From Nemertoderma westbladi (taxonomy: Eukaryota > Animalia > Xenacoelomorpha): a DNA stretch of 64,000 bases. The notes under the pieces were generated by a model. The model searched no databases. It saw only the letters and a list, made by a program, of their open reading frames with translations, and had not been told where the DNA came from. A program made the translations under genes and the position numbers. Below, piece by piece: positions 36,377 to 47,945 of this stretch; positions within the stretch are counted from its first letter, which is position 1, and each line of letters starts with the position of its first letter. Location of the stretch: the NCBI GenBank assembly GCA_032718475.1, contig JAUCBJ010002827.1, positions 1 to 64,000 on the forward strand. Direction: 5' to 3'.

Positions 36377-37186
36377 GTAGTAGATATCCGGCAACTACAG
36401 TCACAGACACCGACTTTGCGGAAGACATCGCCCTGCTCTCTAATACGCTAACAGATGCACAGCTTCTACTAAATAAAGTAGAGAGGGCTGCTAAGGAGGT
36501 TGGATTGCATATAAATGCTACCAAGACTGAATTCATGACCTTTAATGTTGATGGAAACTTGACAACAATTGATAATGGTCAACTAGGGAGGGTCGGCGAC
36601 TTCCAGTACCTTGGATCATGGATAGAGAGTAGCAAAAAGGACATATAAGTTAGGAAAGCAAAGGCTTGGGTAGCTCTCTCAAAAATGGATACCATCTGGA
36701 AATCAGATCTCTCCAGGCACCTGAAGACTAAGTTCTTTCGAGCCATAGTGGATAGTGTATTTTTATACGGGGGTGAGACCTGGACACTGACTAAATCACT
36801 TGAACAACGAATTGATGGTTGCTACACAAGACTACTAAGGGCAGCCCTAAACATCAGCTGGGGACAACACATGGCAAACGCCGAGCTTTATGGTACAATA
36901 CCACCTGTATCAACCACCCTCCGTGAACACAGATTAAGATTCAGTGGGCACTGCTGACGAAGTAAAGACGAGGTCATACCAAATCTACTTTTCTGGCAAC
37001 CAACTCATGGAAAGCGTAGTTGTGGACGACTGGCCATAACATACAGTATATAGATCAACTTGAAAGGAATACTGAACTTGGGTGAAACGAAATTGCGACA
37101 ACTATTGAGAATCGGGAAGCCTGGAAGGATCTCATTTCCACTATCCGAGTTTGCTCGACCTAGTAGTAGTACAGTAGTAGTTGTAG
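36377..37186 (+). mobile_element. RTE-clade LINE, 3' part
   Basis: SRYPATTVTDTDFAEDIALL, GLHINATKTE, FQYLGSWI, LYGGETWTL and RLRFSGHC; ends in a (TAG)n-like tail at ~37161-37186. Confidence 0.9.
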
Positions 37187-37520
37187 ATAATAGATTAAAG
37201 TGTGGGAAACCATTAGTGATTGTTTATCTAAGCTGATAATTCGTTTCTACTGAGCAGGTGTATTAGGGAAGGAATTTCATAGAATTTCAAGAATTACAAG
37301 CAATATTGAAAAAAGTATTAACAGAAGTACAGTAGTCCTTGTATCTCATTTTGAAAAAATCCAAAGTAGGAAAGCATTATGGCATGATATCATAAGTCCA
37401 AAACACAAATGTTCCAAACTCTGATGTAAATTGCAATAATACAATGGCTTGTGCAAATCTCAGTTCTACGGAGCCCCTAAAGGGACATGGGTTTCCTCTT
37501 TTTTTTCTAAGTCCGACCCA

Positions 37521-37734
37521 GAGATACTAAGTCCAGCCCGGAGATACTAACTCTGGCCCGGAGATACTAAGTCCGGTCCGGAGATACTAAGTCCAGCCCG
37601 GAAATACTAAGTCCGGCCTGGAGATACTAAGTCCAGCCCGGAGATACTATGTCCGGACCGGAGATACTATCTCAGGTCCTGAGATACTAAGTCCGGCCCG
37701 GAGATACTATCTCAGGTCCGGAGATACTAAGTCC
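37521..37734. repeat. 20-bp minisatellite GAGATACTAAGTCC(A/G)GCCCG, ~11 copies
   Basis: Exact 20-bp periodicity. It is preceded at 37466 by CTACGGAGCCCCTAAAGGGACATGG, possibly the end of a truncated MITE. Confidence 0.92.
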
Positions 37735-37789
37735 TTGATTTATTGTTTAAGCACCAAGTGTCCTTGTTTATGTTCGACGTTCACACTAA

Positions 37790-38040
37790 ACTCCATCCCT
37801 CCTAACTCTGACCTTGGTCAGCTCTTTTCTAAAACATCTACAGTACATAGCTACGCTACTGGTGCTGCAACTAATCTCAATTTTTATATCCCCCTTGTTA
37901 GACTTTCTTCCACACAACGATCCATGAGTTTCTTGGGCCCATTCATATGGAACGCAATCCCAGTGATTATAAAAAAATAATAGCACAAAGAGGACTTTCT
38001 CAAAATATATCAAGCAATACTACCTATCTAAACTATAACT
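37790..38040 (+). mobile_element. 3' fragment of a CR1/L2-group LINE
   Basis: HSYATGAA...FYIPLVR...RSMSFLGPFIWNAIP...FSKYIKQYYL resembles the ORF2 C-terminus of this group. Confidence 0.6.
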
Positions 38041-39299
38041 AACAATAACTTTAACTTAATTTTGTAATTCTAGGCGTACACATTCTTAGTTACACTACTA
38101 TTGTTTTAGCCACAATAATAGTGTACCACCAATACCGTATCAACATCCATTCTGCCATTATCTGCCATTACATCTTCATTCGGCTGCCGCATTCCTATCT
38201 AACTAACTTTTGTTTTTATCTTCTATTATTAACAGTACTATCTTCAAATCTGGAGTACACAGATCTGGAACCTACCTACCCCACCCCTACCTACCCCCCC
38301 CCCCCCCCCCCCAACCACAAATTCCCAGCCCTCCAATAGGGTGGTGGCAACGGTTACGTCGCGTTTCGGCAACTGTCACGTTTATGCAACTCAAATTCGC
38401 GTTTTGGCAAGTGGACAATTACGTTTCACCAACTGCTATAGTTGTGTTTCGGCAACTCGTACATACATAGTTGCATTTCGGTGAACTGAAGTCGCGTTTC
38501 GGCAGCTACTGAGCTAGGTCACATACCCTGACCCTCGTATGTAATGTAACTGTGACTACATTCATTTTGTAAGTAAATTATAAATGATGACAAGTATAAG
38601 TTAGTTATAGTTTTTGACGGCAGAGTTGTTAACTGTTTGAGTGAGTTAGTTAATTTTAAATATACCCGCAGCTGAAGTTGTGGATGTAAACGTTTAGAAC
38701 TGGGGTCTGGGGTCTGTCTGTCTGTCTTTCAATTTCCAAGGGGAGTTTTTCTAATACAAAGCAAAGCGCACCTTGCTGGGCGGGGTTTACAGCTACAACT
38801 TCAGTAATAATTAATTTAAGTTAATATTTTGTTGAATTGGTAAGTTTTTGAATGATTTTTTTTTTTAATATTTTGCTCACTCTTGCTTACCGGTACAATA
38901 TTACGCTTACAAGGCTGCAAGGGGATATAGAGTTCCACGATATGTGTACAGTAGTAGCCCTAACTTTGATTTTATGGATCAAACATAATAACAATAATAA
39001 TAATTCATTTATTGTTGTCATTTATAGTCAGTAGTGTTGAAGTAGGCGTGGGAAAACTAAAGTAAAATGAAATTGAATAATGGGAAACGTATGAGGCAAA
39101 GGTAATAATCTATACTCTAGGCTCCTATACAGTATGGCCTTTGTTTACGAGTTGCCGAAACGTATCTATCAGTTTGTCTAAGCGCATCCTGAACAGTTGC
39201 CGAAATACAACTATCTGACTATGAGTTGCCGGAATGCAACCTTGTTGCATTCCCCACTCTTGTTGAATGTTGCCGAAACGCGTCTCTAAATACAGATTC

Positions 39300-40609
39300 A
39301 TTTCTTTCAGGTGATTCACATTACTGACGTTTTTTAAACTGTTGACTATTCATTCATTTATTTTATATTATATTTGTCTGTTTGTATATATGATATATGG
39401 TTTTGATTTTCCTATACTGAATTCCAGAACGAGGAGTTCCAGGAACAAATTGAGTATCGGATCCGGTACCAGTACCGGCGGGCGGGGTACTGGCTCCAGC
39501 CACGTAAATGCGGCTATTTCCACCCCCAAAGGAAGTGCTACGAAATCTAAGTCGAAGAAACAGGGCGGAAGAAAATCCGGTGCAAATTGACATGTCCAAA
39601 CTTTTCTATTGTGATAACTGTCCACCCATTTTCATAAATAAAGCCGATTGCAATCAACATGTAGCAGAGTGCGATCCATCGGTTACTTCTACTAGCGACG
39701 TTTGTCCACATTGTGACACTGCAGTTTCTGGCACTGACTGCCTGGGATGTGAAGTCTGTGGTTGTTGGGTTCATGGACGGTGTCTCAACCTAACCACCGT
39801 GGAAGTTGCCACAATTGGGGAGTGCAAAAACTGCGTCATTATCTGTAACTCTTGTCTCGGCCGTGGTAAGGTCGGCCTCATCAACCAAACGGAAGACGGG
39901 CTAGATTCAGTGATTTCGAAAGTACAGAAGTCCCTTTCTGATCACTAGGATCGGATTTCTGCCCAGATCTCGTGTCTTCGTAGTGATCTGGGTGATGACA
40001 CTTCCCTGTGGAACACGGTCAAATCAAAACGCTCGAACTCCTCTAAAGATTCCACTATTGGCGGTCTATCAGCCGACGATGTAGATAAAGAGGTTCAAGA
40101 GCAACGTCGATGTGAACAGAATATCGTCATCCGTCAGTCCGTGGTCTATCCCTACCTGAAGTCAGTTCTAACGACATTGGTTTTGTCAGCGAATTTATCT
40201 CTAGTGAGTTCGGCAGTGACACTGCTGTTAGTAAAGTACTATATTAACTTATTTATTTATTTTATTTACTTATTTATTATACTGTATTCAAAACTTGCAT
40301 CGTGTCTTGCTGCCCCATTATCGGTTATTTTTCAGGTTTCTTTTATCGGCCATGCTTTACCTACTATTTGGTTGACAGCATAAGTTGTACCTGTGTACAA
40401 GAAAAATGATGCTTCCGACCCTTATAATTACAGGCATGTTTCACTTACTTACATAGCATGTAAAGTAATGGAATTGTGCATTAAAAAGGAATTGTTATCG
40501 TATTTATATTTGCACAAACTTATAAACAAGGCACAGCATGGTTTCCTGAAAAAACGTTCGACCTGTACCCAACTATTGAACTGTGTTAATGAATGGTAAC
40601 AATGTGTTG
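39300..40609 (+). mobile_element. CR1-clade LINE, 5' part: ORF1 with zinc finger and PHD finger, then start of RT (endonuclease deleted)
   Basis: MSKLFYCDNC..H..C; PHD CPHC...CEVCGCWVHGRC...CNSC (39592-39948); RT-proximal VVPVYKKNDASDPYNYRHVSLT and QHGFLKKRSTCTQLL. Confidence 0.85.
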
Positions 40610-40810
40610 GCAAGCTGTATTTTTCGAGGAGTTTGTTATTATACATTTATTATAGGAAGGGATCTAGGGGTCTTAACCTCGAATGATAAGTTTATTTTAC
40701 CGAAAATAACTTATCTTTTATTGGCGCAATTGTAGGACTAATCCCATCACATGCGTACTTTTTAACCGGGTAGTGTACAAATTTAGGAATCGCGTAATTT
40801 TTCTTGAAAT

Positions 40811-40934
40811 TAATATCTCATATCTCTCCAAACCACGTACGCGTTTCGACCTTACTGGGTCTCATCAGCGTGGTGTCGGATTCGAACCTGGGACCTCGAG
40901 GTGGAAGCCGAGATTACAACCACTAGGCCACAGG
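40811..40934 (-). mobile_element. tRNA-derived SINE/retrozyme-like element (Pol III head + hammerhead ribozyme)
   Basis: Minus strand has A-box TGGCCTAGTGG and B-box GGTTCGAATCC followed by a hammerhead. Flanked by the 10-bp direct repeat TTCTTGAAAT (40801-40810 / 40935-40944). Confidence 0.85.
40832..40874 (-). ncRNA. Type I minimal hammerhead ribozyme
   Basis: ACCACG-CTGATGA-GACC(CAGTAA)GGTC-GAAA-CGCG-TA-CGTGGT: perfect core, 6-bp stem I, 4-bp stem II, palindromic minimal stem III and GUA cleavage triplet. Confidence 0.92.
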
Positions 40935-43809
40935 TTCTTGAAATATGGGGTATTAATTTCAAAGCCAGCTGCCATTTTATTAGCCACTGATTTTTGATAA
41001 TCAAAATTCTTCATAGCCTGCGGCACATGCTCCGCCAAGAAATCTCTGAATTCTCCCCGATTCTCCGGCGTCCACCTGTCCAAATACCTCTGCGTATTTA
41101 TCACTCCGGCATACGACGCCGCCTTCGACACCTCCTGATAGGTAAACGGAAGTCTCCATTTTATAATCTCCAGGTGGGCCTCTTGGTTGATATTAAAGAA
41201 TGGCCTTCATCCGCTGTCGGGTCATGGTACCGACGTCAGCCCACTCCTCGAAGATCCTAAACTTCTCCTCGTCGTCCATCCAGTCGCACTGGCGTCCGTA
41301 GTGCCCCCGGAAGTTGCACTTAGAGCACCGGTTGTGCAACCGTGGACACGCCCCCATCCTATGACTCGACTCGCGGCAGTAGAGACAGCTAGTCCCCTTT
41401 TGGAATTGGTACAGGCAGTTCCTTTCCTGGTAAGTTTGCCTCCCGCAGTAATCGCAACCGAGTACCAATGCCTCCCACCCCATGTCGTCTTTCCTCCCAA
41501 GCGATCTCCTCGGTCTATGGAGTCGCTGGTAAGCGAACTTCTGGACGTTAGCGTCCCTGTCCACGTCTATCTCCTCGCCCCTCCTGGGCATCGTCTCCCC
41601 GAATACTACCCATGGTGCCATTCCCGGTTGCTCGCCCAACCTGATGGTGCTCCCCGCGAAATCCATCGCTGGCTCCTCATGCACCCAGGCCCGCTTGCCG
41701 GGTCTATCCCAGAAGGCCCTCGCCCCGCTGGCCATCACCACTCTCCCGCCAACCCAGTCTGTGCCCGATTGGCCGATCCTCCCAATGGGCGGCATCTCTC
41801 CGAACTCGTCGTCATCCTCGTCTTCCTCAGGGAGTGGTTCCAATCCCGGTAACCCGGTGGATCCACTGTGTCCCTTCCCACCTTGGCTCTCGCCCATGAT
41901 TCTCCATCCTTCCAGCTCCCCCGGCCTCCTCTGCACGAAATCGCCCTCGGCGCCCGCTGGTATGGGTGTCACCTGCAATCCCGATGTCGACTGTTTCGGT
42001 GACCCTACCGTCCACCCCAACTCTCGCCCTAGAGACTCGCCCGAACTCCCTGATGATGTCCAACGAAGTTCGTCTAAGGCCGCCTGTTCCTCGAACCCGT
42101 AGCTCTCTGCTCTGGCTGCCTCCTCCCTTTCTTCTGCCTCTCTCCTTTCTCGTCTAGCGATTTCTTCCAATCGCTTCTCTTCTCGTCTATCCGCCTCTAG
42201 CTGCTCCCACCTCTGATATGGCGTATCCGCATCCCTGTCTACTAGATGTCGGCAGTTATAATACACCGACTCGCCCTTCAGCCCCGGGTGGTCTACCAGA
42301 CCCTCGAAAGCCACTCTGAAGGCTCTTCTGTAGTTCAGGGGTGATCCCGATAGCAGGAATGCTGTTGGTTCTCTCTCGATAACCACGGTGATGAATAGGT
42401 TTAGCAAACCTATCATTATCCAGTCCTCCTGCAGGATATATCGCTTCTGATATACCTTTATCGCTCCTCTCCGGAATTGATACACCTCTTGCTTCCCCGG
42501 CCTCGCTCCCCACTTCAGCGAGTTTGCCAACTCCGCTCCGTACTCCTCCCTGATTTTACCCCAGTCCATTGTTTGTGGCATACGAGTCCCATTAGCTGGC
42601 CCATCGCCACCGCTCCACAATGGCCCGCGTTCTCCACTAGTCCCAACCCGTCTGGTGCCATCATAGCCATGTAGACCGTTTGCGTATCCAGGAGGTTGGA
42701 GGTCTCCGGACCGATGATCCTCTCCGCATCGTCGCGGATCGCCGATCCCACCTTTATCGTCGACTTCTCCCTTACTAGACTCTGCACCGCTTTCGGCAGC
42801 CGGTTCAACTTCGGTCCGTTCTTCTTCCCATACGTTCCTAGATCGAACAGGAATATATCCCCATTTGGCGCGGCCAAATGCAGGAGTATGGTTCTGGCCG
42901 ACCCCGCCGACCCTCTTCTCGAACCTTCCTTGTCTTCCACGGTCCCCTCATCGTCTAGGACCATGTATCCTCCCCTGCTGACGGACTCTACGAACCTCTT
43001 CCAATCCTTTCTCGGTGGCTCCTTTGCGTACTTCGGTATCCCGAACTTCGCCTCGTCTCCCTTCACCATGTAGTGGAAATGCTCGAAGATCGCATTGTCT
43101 AGCGACGGTGTCCCGTAGGTCCCGACCAGTCGCTGTTCGTGCACCTCCCTGAAATGGTCCTGCAGCGCTCGCGCTTTGTGACCCCTCTCTAACCGCTCGT
43201 AGTATCCCCTCGTCTTTTCTTCCGGATGCCTCTCGGTGAAATCCACCAGTATCTCCTTCCCTCCCAACTCCGCCTTTCTCTTTCTGACCAGTTCTCCGCC
43301 ATTTCGAACTTTCCCGATCGCTCACCTATAAGATGGGGCCTTGCCAAGGCACAATATAAATGAGTGATGTGGTTTGGATGGTCTGTACTGTCCGATAATG
43401 GCCTATCTCTCACTGTATGTTAGGTTATCGCCTAATTTTCCTACCCTAATTTCCTAAAAGTGCCAAATTCTGCTAAATTTCGTAATTCTGTCCGTTACTT
43501 AAATTATGTTCCAGAATATTTCTCCTACTGTTACCATAATTTGTCTAATTTTCTATTTTTATTTAATTTTAATATTTAATTTTATCCTACAACTGTATTA
43601 TCAATATCTGCTAATGGATTATTCTACTTTATAATCCATATTCTAGCCTACTCTATGGGCCTGTGCAGTACAGCAGTATGTATCGCGTGGCCTACACGAT
43701 TTATCCAGCTGTACCCACGTGCCCCCCTCTCGCTACCTACCACTAACTCTACTAACTTTCCAACTGATTTCTACTAATTCTTACCATATACTATATTATA
43801 CATATCCTC

Positions 43810-44345
43810 CTACCACTAACTCTTACTACTAACGGTACTATACGTACCCTCTCACTAACTAACTCTCCAACTAACTCTTACTAACCGGTACTACGTACCC
43901 TCCTACTACTAACTAACTCTCCAACTAGCTCTTACTAACCGGTACTACGTACCCTCTTACTAACTAACTCTCCAACTAACTCTTGCTAACCGGTACTACG
44001 TACCCTCCTGCTACTAACTAACTCTCCAACTAACTCTTACTAACCGGTACTACGTACCCTCTTACTAACTAACTCTCCAACTAACTCTTGCTAACCGGTA
44101 CTACATACCCTCTTACTAACTAACTCTACTAAGGGTACTACGTACCCTCTTACTAACTAACTCTACTAACGGACTACGTACCCTCTTACTAACTAACTCT
44201 ACTAATGGTACTACGTACCCTCTTACCAATTAACTCTACTAATGGTACTACGTACCTTCTTACTAACTAACTCTACTAACGGTACTACATACCCTCTCAC
44301 TAACTAACTCTACTAACGGTACTACGTACCCTCTTACCAACTAAC
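43810..44345. repeat. Minisatellite (~37-55-bp units built on CTAAC(C)GGTACTACGTACCCTCTTACTAACTAACTCT) between integrase and accessory gene
   Basis: About 12 tandem units are visible directly. Confidence 0.9.
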
Positions 44346-44449
44346 TTCTATCTGCCTACTTACCTATTGCGTATCTACTATGTACTATTACTTTCCTTTA
44401 TCTTTCTTTCTTTCTCTATTATTTTTAATTTTATTATTTTTTTTATATA

Positions 44450-47400
44450 AAAAGTCCTTAGTACGTCCTCTGTTACCATGTGGGTGTTCATTAACTTTGT
44501 CATCAGACGCTTGGAACTACCCACGAGTCTCTCGACGCATCCTAGAGTATGCGGAGCATACGGCGTCCTCCTCTCCCACTTCACCTGTCATCTTCTCATG
44601 GCTGCCCTGACTTCCTCCCCTTCCAGGATGTCCAAGGCCTCTGCTAGCTCGTTCTCCGCCCCCACAAAGTTGGTTCCGTTATCCGAGTATATTACTGCGA
44701 TCGTCCCACCTTTGCGGTCTCTGAACCTCTCTAGGGCATTGATGAATGCCGATGCGGTTGCGTTTTGGGCGAGTTCTATCCCTACCGCCCGCGTGTTATT
44801 ACATACGAAGATAATGCCGTAGCGCTTCTCCGTGTGCCGCATCACCTTAATCTTTATCAGCCCGAACATATCTACACCGCAGTGTGTGAATGGCGGGTCG
44901 TGCTGTCTCACCCTACTGGCCGGTAGTGGCGCCATCTCCTGTATGGCCCGCTCCTTTCTCGTCCGTCGGCAGGTCTGGCACTGCTCCACCACTGCCTTTA
45001 CCTTCTTCGTCAACTGTGTGATCCAAAAGGTCCTCCGTATCTCCGTGATGGTCCGGTTGGTGCCCCCGTGCAATATCGACTTATGGGAGTCCCAAATGAT
45101 CTGGTGCACTATCGGCGATTTATTAGGGATGATGATGGGTTTTGGTGGTATAATGAGGCTTTTATTATTTAGAACTCTAGAATTCATTACTAAGATTCCA
45201 TCGTCATTGAGTTGTGGCGACAGCGTGATCAGCTCGCTGTCCCGTCGAAGATGTTGATGTTTACCGATTCGCTCCACTTCGTCGCCGTAGCTCTTTCTTT
45301 GTTCGTAAAGGACCATGGCCTTGGCCGCTCCCTCCAGATCGACGTTTGGTTTGTTCTTGGTGTCTTGGCCGACCTCTTTTATGAAGTTCCCGAAGGCTCT
45401 CCAGTACGCCACTAACTTTTTGGTCTTGTACCAACTTGAGCTGTAGCTAAGGAGTTTGTCCGTCGGGTTATCGCACAGTTCTTCCGGTTTTGGTTGCACG
45501 TCCCTTATCTCCCTCACCAACTGGCTATATATCTCCTCGCCTTCTGAGTCTCCTCCCTCCTCCTCTAGTGCTACTTCCTCTGAGCCCGGGTCCACCTTCT
45601 TCATCGGTGGCCAGGCTGTCCTGTCGTTCAGGAATTGTGGCCCGTGCTGCCACAATACTTCCTTCTTCAAGAAAGTGTGGCGTGCCACGCCCCTCGATAA
45701 CAAGTTCGCTGGGTTCTCGTCCGCTGGGCAGTAGTGCCACCTTTCCAGCTCCGTCGTCGCTCTTATTTCGTCCACCCTTTTGCGACGAATATAGGGTATC
45801 TCGTCCTCTCGTTGTGTAGCCAACCAAGCACTACCATGGAGTCCGTCCAGTAGTGTGTCTCCTCTATGTTGGGAATAGCATCCATCAGGTAGGCTGTGGC
45901 CCTAACTCCTAACCTCGCAGCTGTCAACTCGAGTTTCGGGACCGATGCTGAATCTGGCGGTGTCGACTTTGCTTTGCTGAATGCAAGTCTGGGCTTATGA
46001 GCCCCCTCCCATTGTACTAAGTAGAGTGCCACTCCGTATGCCTCCAATGATGCATCGGAGAACATATGTAGATCCAGATTCGTCATGTCCCCATCCGGGA
46101 AATACACGCGTGGCATGCTGTATGTTCCCATCTGTTCTAAACTCTCTGTCCACTTGCACTATTGTTTGCTGAGCTCTTCCGATACCTCTGTATCCCACTC
46201 ATCCTTTAGCTTATATACTTTCTTGAGTATTTGTTTCCCCGTGACTAGTAATGGGGATGCTAGGCGTAGGGGATCGTATATCCTTGCTATATACGATACA
46301 TAGCCCCTTTTTGTGTGGATGTCCGCGCCCTCCTGGCTCAACTGGTACTTCAACTCGTCTGTCTCTCGGTTCCACACGATCCCTAATGCCTTCTGCTGGG
46401 ACTCTACCCTTTTGTTCGCCATGTCCTGTCCCTTGGCTGTCGTGGGATTATCCATGGTCGACTCTGGCCTCCTGTCCTCTATGGCTTTCATGAACTCTCC
46501 CGAACTGGACTGGAACTTGGTCAGGTTGAACCCGGATCCTTTTAGGATGTCGCGAACCTCGCGCCCCGTATCCAGTAGTTCTTTAACCGTGTTTCCAGAC
46601 TCCATTCCGTCGTCTACATAGAAGCCGCGTCGAATCATATCGACGGCTTTGGCGCTATATTTCTCTTCTTTACCCTCTACTGTGTTTCTTACAGCCACAG
46701 TCGTCGTGAATGAGGACGACTTGGCACCCATATTCTGCTCCACCATCTTGTACATCGGTATTGTCGACGGTTCCTCATCGCCGTTGTACCATAGGAAGTG
46801 CTGACTGTCGCTATCCTCTTCCGTTACATGGACTTGGTTGAACATGCCTTCGATGTCGCAGGTGAAGGCGTGCTTCCCATTCCTGAATCTAAGTAGGACC
46901 TCGATCCCTGAGTTATAGATATTGGGACCCTCCAGCAGGTAATCGTTTAGGCATTTGCCGTCTGTCTTGGCCGATGCGTCAACTACCATCCGCAGTTTAC
47001 CTTTCTTTAGATCTAGAGCCACGTGGAGTGGCAGGTAATAGGTCCTGTCCGTGTTTGGTTCGTCGACCTGTAACTCTACGGCCCACCCTTTCTCGACATA
47101 CTTCCTAATCGTCTTATGAATGTACTCATTCTTTTCGGGGCTCCGTCTTAGCGTTTGCTTCAACTTACGAAGCCTCGTGAGTACCATTCCCTTGTTGTCA
47201 GGTAGCGGTAGTTTTGGTAGTTTCCATACCATCCCTATGGTATACCGCCCCTCGTCGCACCTCATCGACTCCTTTACGCTTTGTAAAGCCTGCTTATCTT
47301 CTACCGAGGTTCTGACCCCGGTCTCTTTCAATCCCTCAAAATCCTGCCTAAGCAGTCTTCTGAGCTGCTCTTCCGCTCCTCCATCTTCCATCTCCCGCAT

Positions 47401-47940
47401 AGTTCCCGCGAACATGCACCCTGATGTCTCCGACATCCTAAACGTTATTTTGCTTCTGATTGGGCCGCTCAGCGTCCACCCGAATGGTGTTAAAATTGCC
47501 ACCGGGTCACACTGCCTGTATTCGCCTAAGACCGTCTGCATTCTCTCGTGGGCCGTCGGGCAGTCCATTCCTACAATAATGGATACTTTCCTAACATCCA
47601 CGTCTGGTATTGAGAAGTCGATACTGTCTAGGAATTTGTATTGTTCGACCTCGATGTTGGTTGGTCGCCTGGCGTTGATATTTATCGACTCTATCACCTG
47701 GATGGGGTCAATGGTCGCCCCATAGTCGCATCCCGGTGCTATCGCTGCTATCCCGCACCGTCCAGTCCTCATCCTCAGGACCTCATCTTTGCTGGAGATG
47801 GTTGTTACCGCCATTCTACTTGGCCTCGTCCTCAATCCTATCTCTTCGGCCACCCAATTCTCAACCAACGTGAAGGCTGCTCCACTGTCGACCAGCATCA
47901 GTGTGGTTACTGATCGATTGCCTTCCCCAATCACCCGCAC
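44450..47940 (-). pseudogene. pol: BEL/Pao Pol of element 3 (PR, RT, RNase H, IN; frameshifted, integrase 3'-truncated)
   Basis: MLVDSGA, YYLPLH, LNDYLLEGPN, DIEGMFNQV, FYVDDG, LHMFSDAS, PKLELTAA, PFTHCGVDMFG, SDNGTNF and APHTLGCVERLV motifs. Confidence 0.93.
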
Positions 47941-47945
47941 TGGTA

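Larger units (their letters stand above)
40692..43302 (-). pseudogene. Accessory gene of BEL element 3: DEDDy exonuclease-like domain + three zinc knuckles, broken by ~3 frameshifts and a SINE-like insertion
   Basis: ORF pieces 42515-43267, 41193-42620 and 40865-41131: YMVLDDEG, LPKAVQSLVREKSTIKVGSAIRDD, LLDTQ, YQKRYILQED; CDYCGRQTYQERNC, CLYCRESSHRMGAC, CSKCNFRGHYGRQC; FEEWADVGTMTRQR. Confidence 0.78.

Noticed and set aside
37521-37734. CRISPR-like array (also considered for 43810-44345 and 34950-35065)
   Set aside because: Units are contiguous without unique spacers, the context is eukaryotic and there are no cas genes.
39508-39948. Host PHD-finger chromatin gene
   Set aside because: It lies directly upstream of CR1 RT remnants; PHD fingers are a known CR1 ORF1 feature.
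40604-40779. TG...CA segment as the 3' LTR of element 3, sharing TGTACAAATTTA with 52834
   Set aside because: No extended similarity to 52553-52829. The 52834 copy reads as CR1 coding sequence and most of the left segment continues the accessory ORF.
40870-40938. Functional tRNA-Gly gene
   Set aside because: Acceptor and T stems do not pair properly, and the sequence is fused to a hammerhead and flanked by a TSD, so it is a SINE-like head.
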